A DNA stretch of 63,928 bases, the filler included, from Octopus bimaculoides (taxonomy: Eukaryota): NCBI RefSeq assembly GCF_001194135.2. It is 5 parts of 5 records of this genome, joined end to end, with 100 filler letters (N's around TTAATTAATTAA, not from the genome) between each part and the next. Parts side by side here need not be neighbours in the genome. Positions count along the whole stretch, not along the records: positions 62,803 to 63,928 come from NC_068985.1; 4 more parts are not named here. One strand, written 5' to 3'. Below are positions 63,884 through 63,928 of the stretch, one piece after another. The position numbers and the translations under genes are program-made. Below the pieces are notes generated by a model. That model saw only the letters and a list, made by a program, of their open reading frames with translations, did not search any database and was not told the origin of the DNA. The stretch's first letter is position 1. Each line of letters starts with the position of its first letter.

Positions 63884-63928
<45 letters not shown>

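Overview
This is eukaryotic, AT-rich, microsatellite- and repeat-dense genomic DNA from a gapped short-read assembly. The repeat landscape (tRNA-derived SINEs, RTE/CR1/Penelope-like remnants, Tc1/mariner MITEs) points to a coleoid cephalopod, probably Octopus; this is an inference. One protein-coding gene is well supported: an RNF34/RFFL (CARP-family) E3 ubiquitin ligase on the + strand. It has five coding exons (46138-46311, 47005-47289, 48033-48266, 51154-51364, 52869-53050), all GT-AG, encoding 361 aa with a FYVE-like zinc finger, two SAP-like helical segments and a C-terminal C3HC4 RING. The rest is mostly transposon debris, one degenerate tRNA-Val(CAC), simple repeats and N-gaps; four gaps carry an artificial TTAATTAATTAA linker. 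The most interesting signals are: (1) an inverted pair of repeats plus a third copy carrying minimal hammerhead-ribozyme cores with a palindromic ACAGCTGT helix III, upstream of the gene; (2) a sharply bounded CpG-decay domain (about 37.1-62.7 kb), larger than the CDS; (3) a tandemly duplicated 42-nt candidate 5'UTR exon; (4) inverted SINE tails bracketing the first three coding exons; (5) a Kolobok/Mutator-like transposase relic; and (6) several orphan exon-like islands. I found no clearly new biological system. The best candidates belong to known classes but are unannotated here. All alignments and translations were done by eye, so TE family calls need database confirmation.
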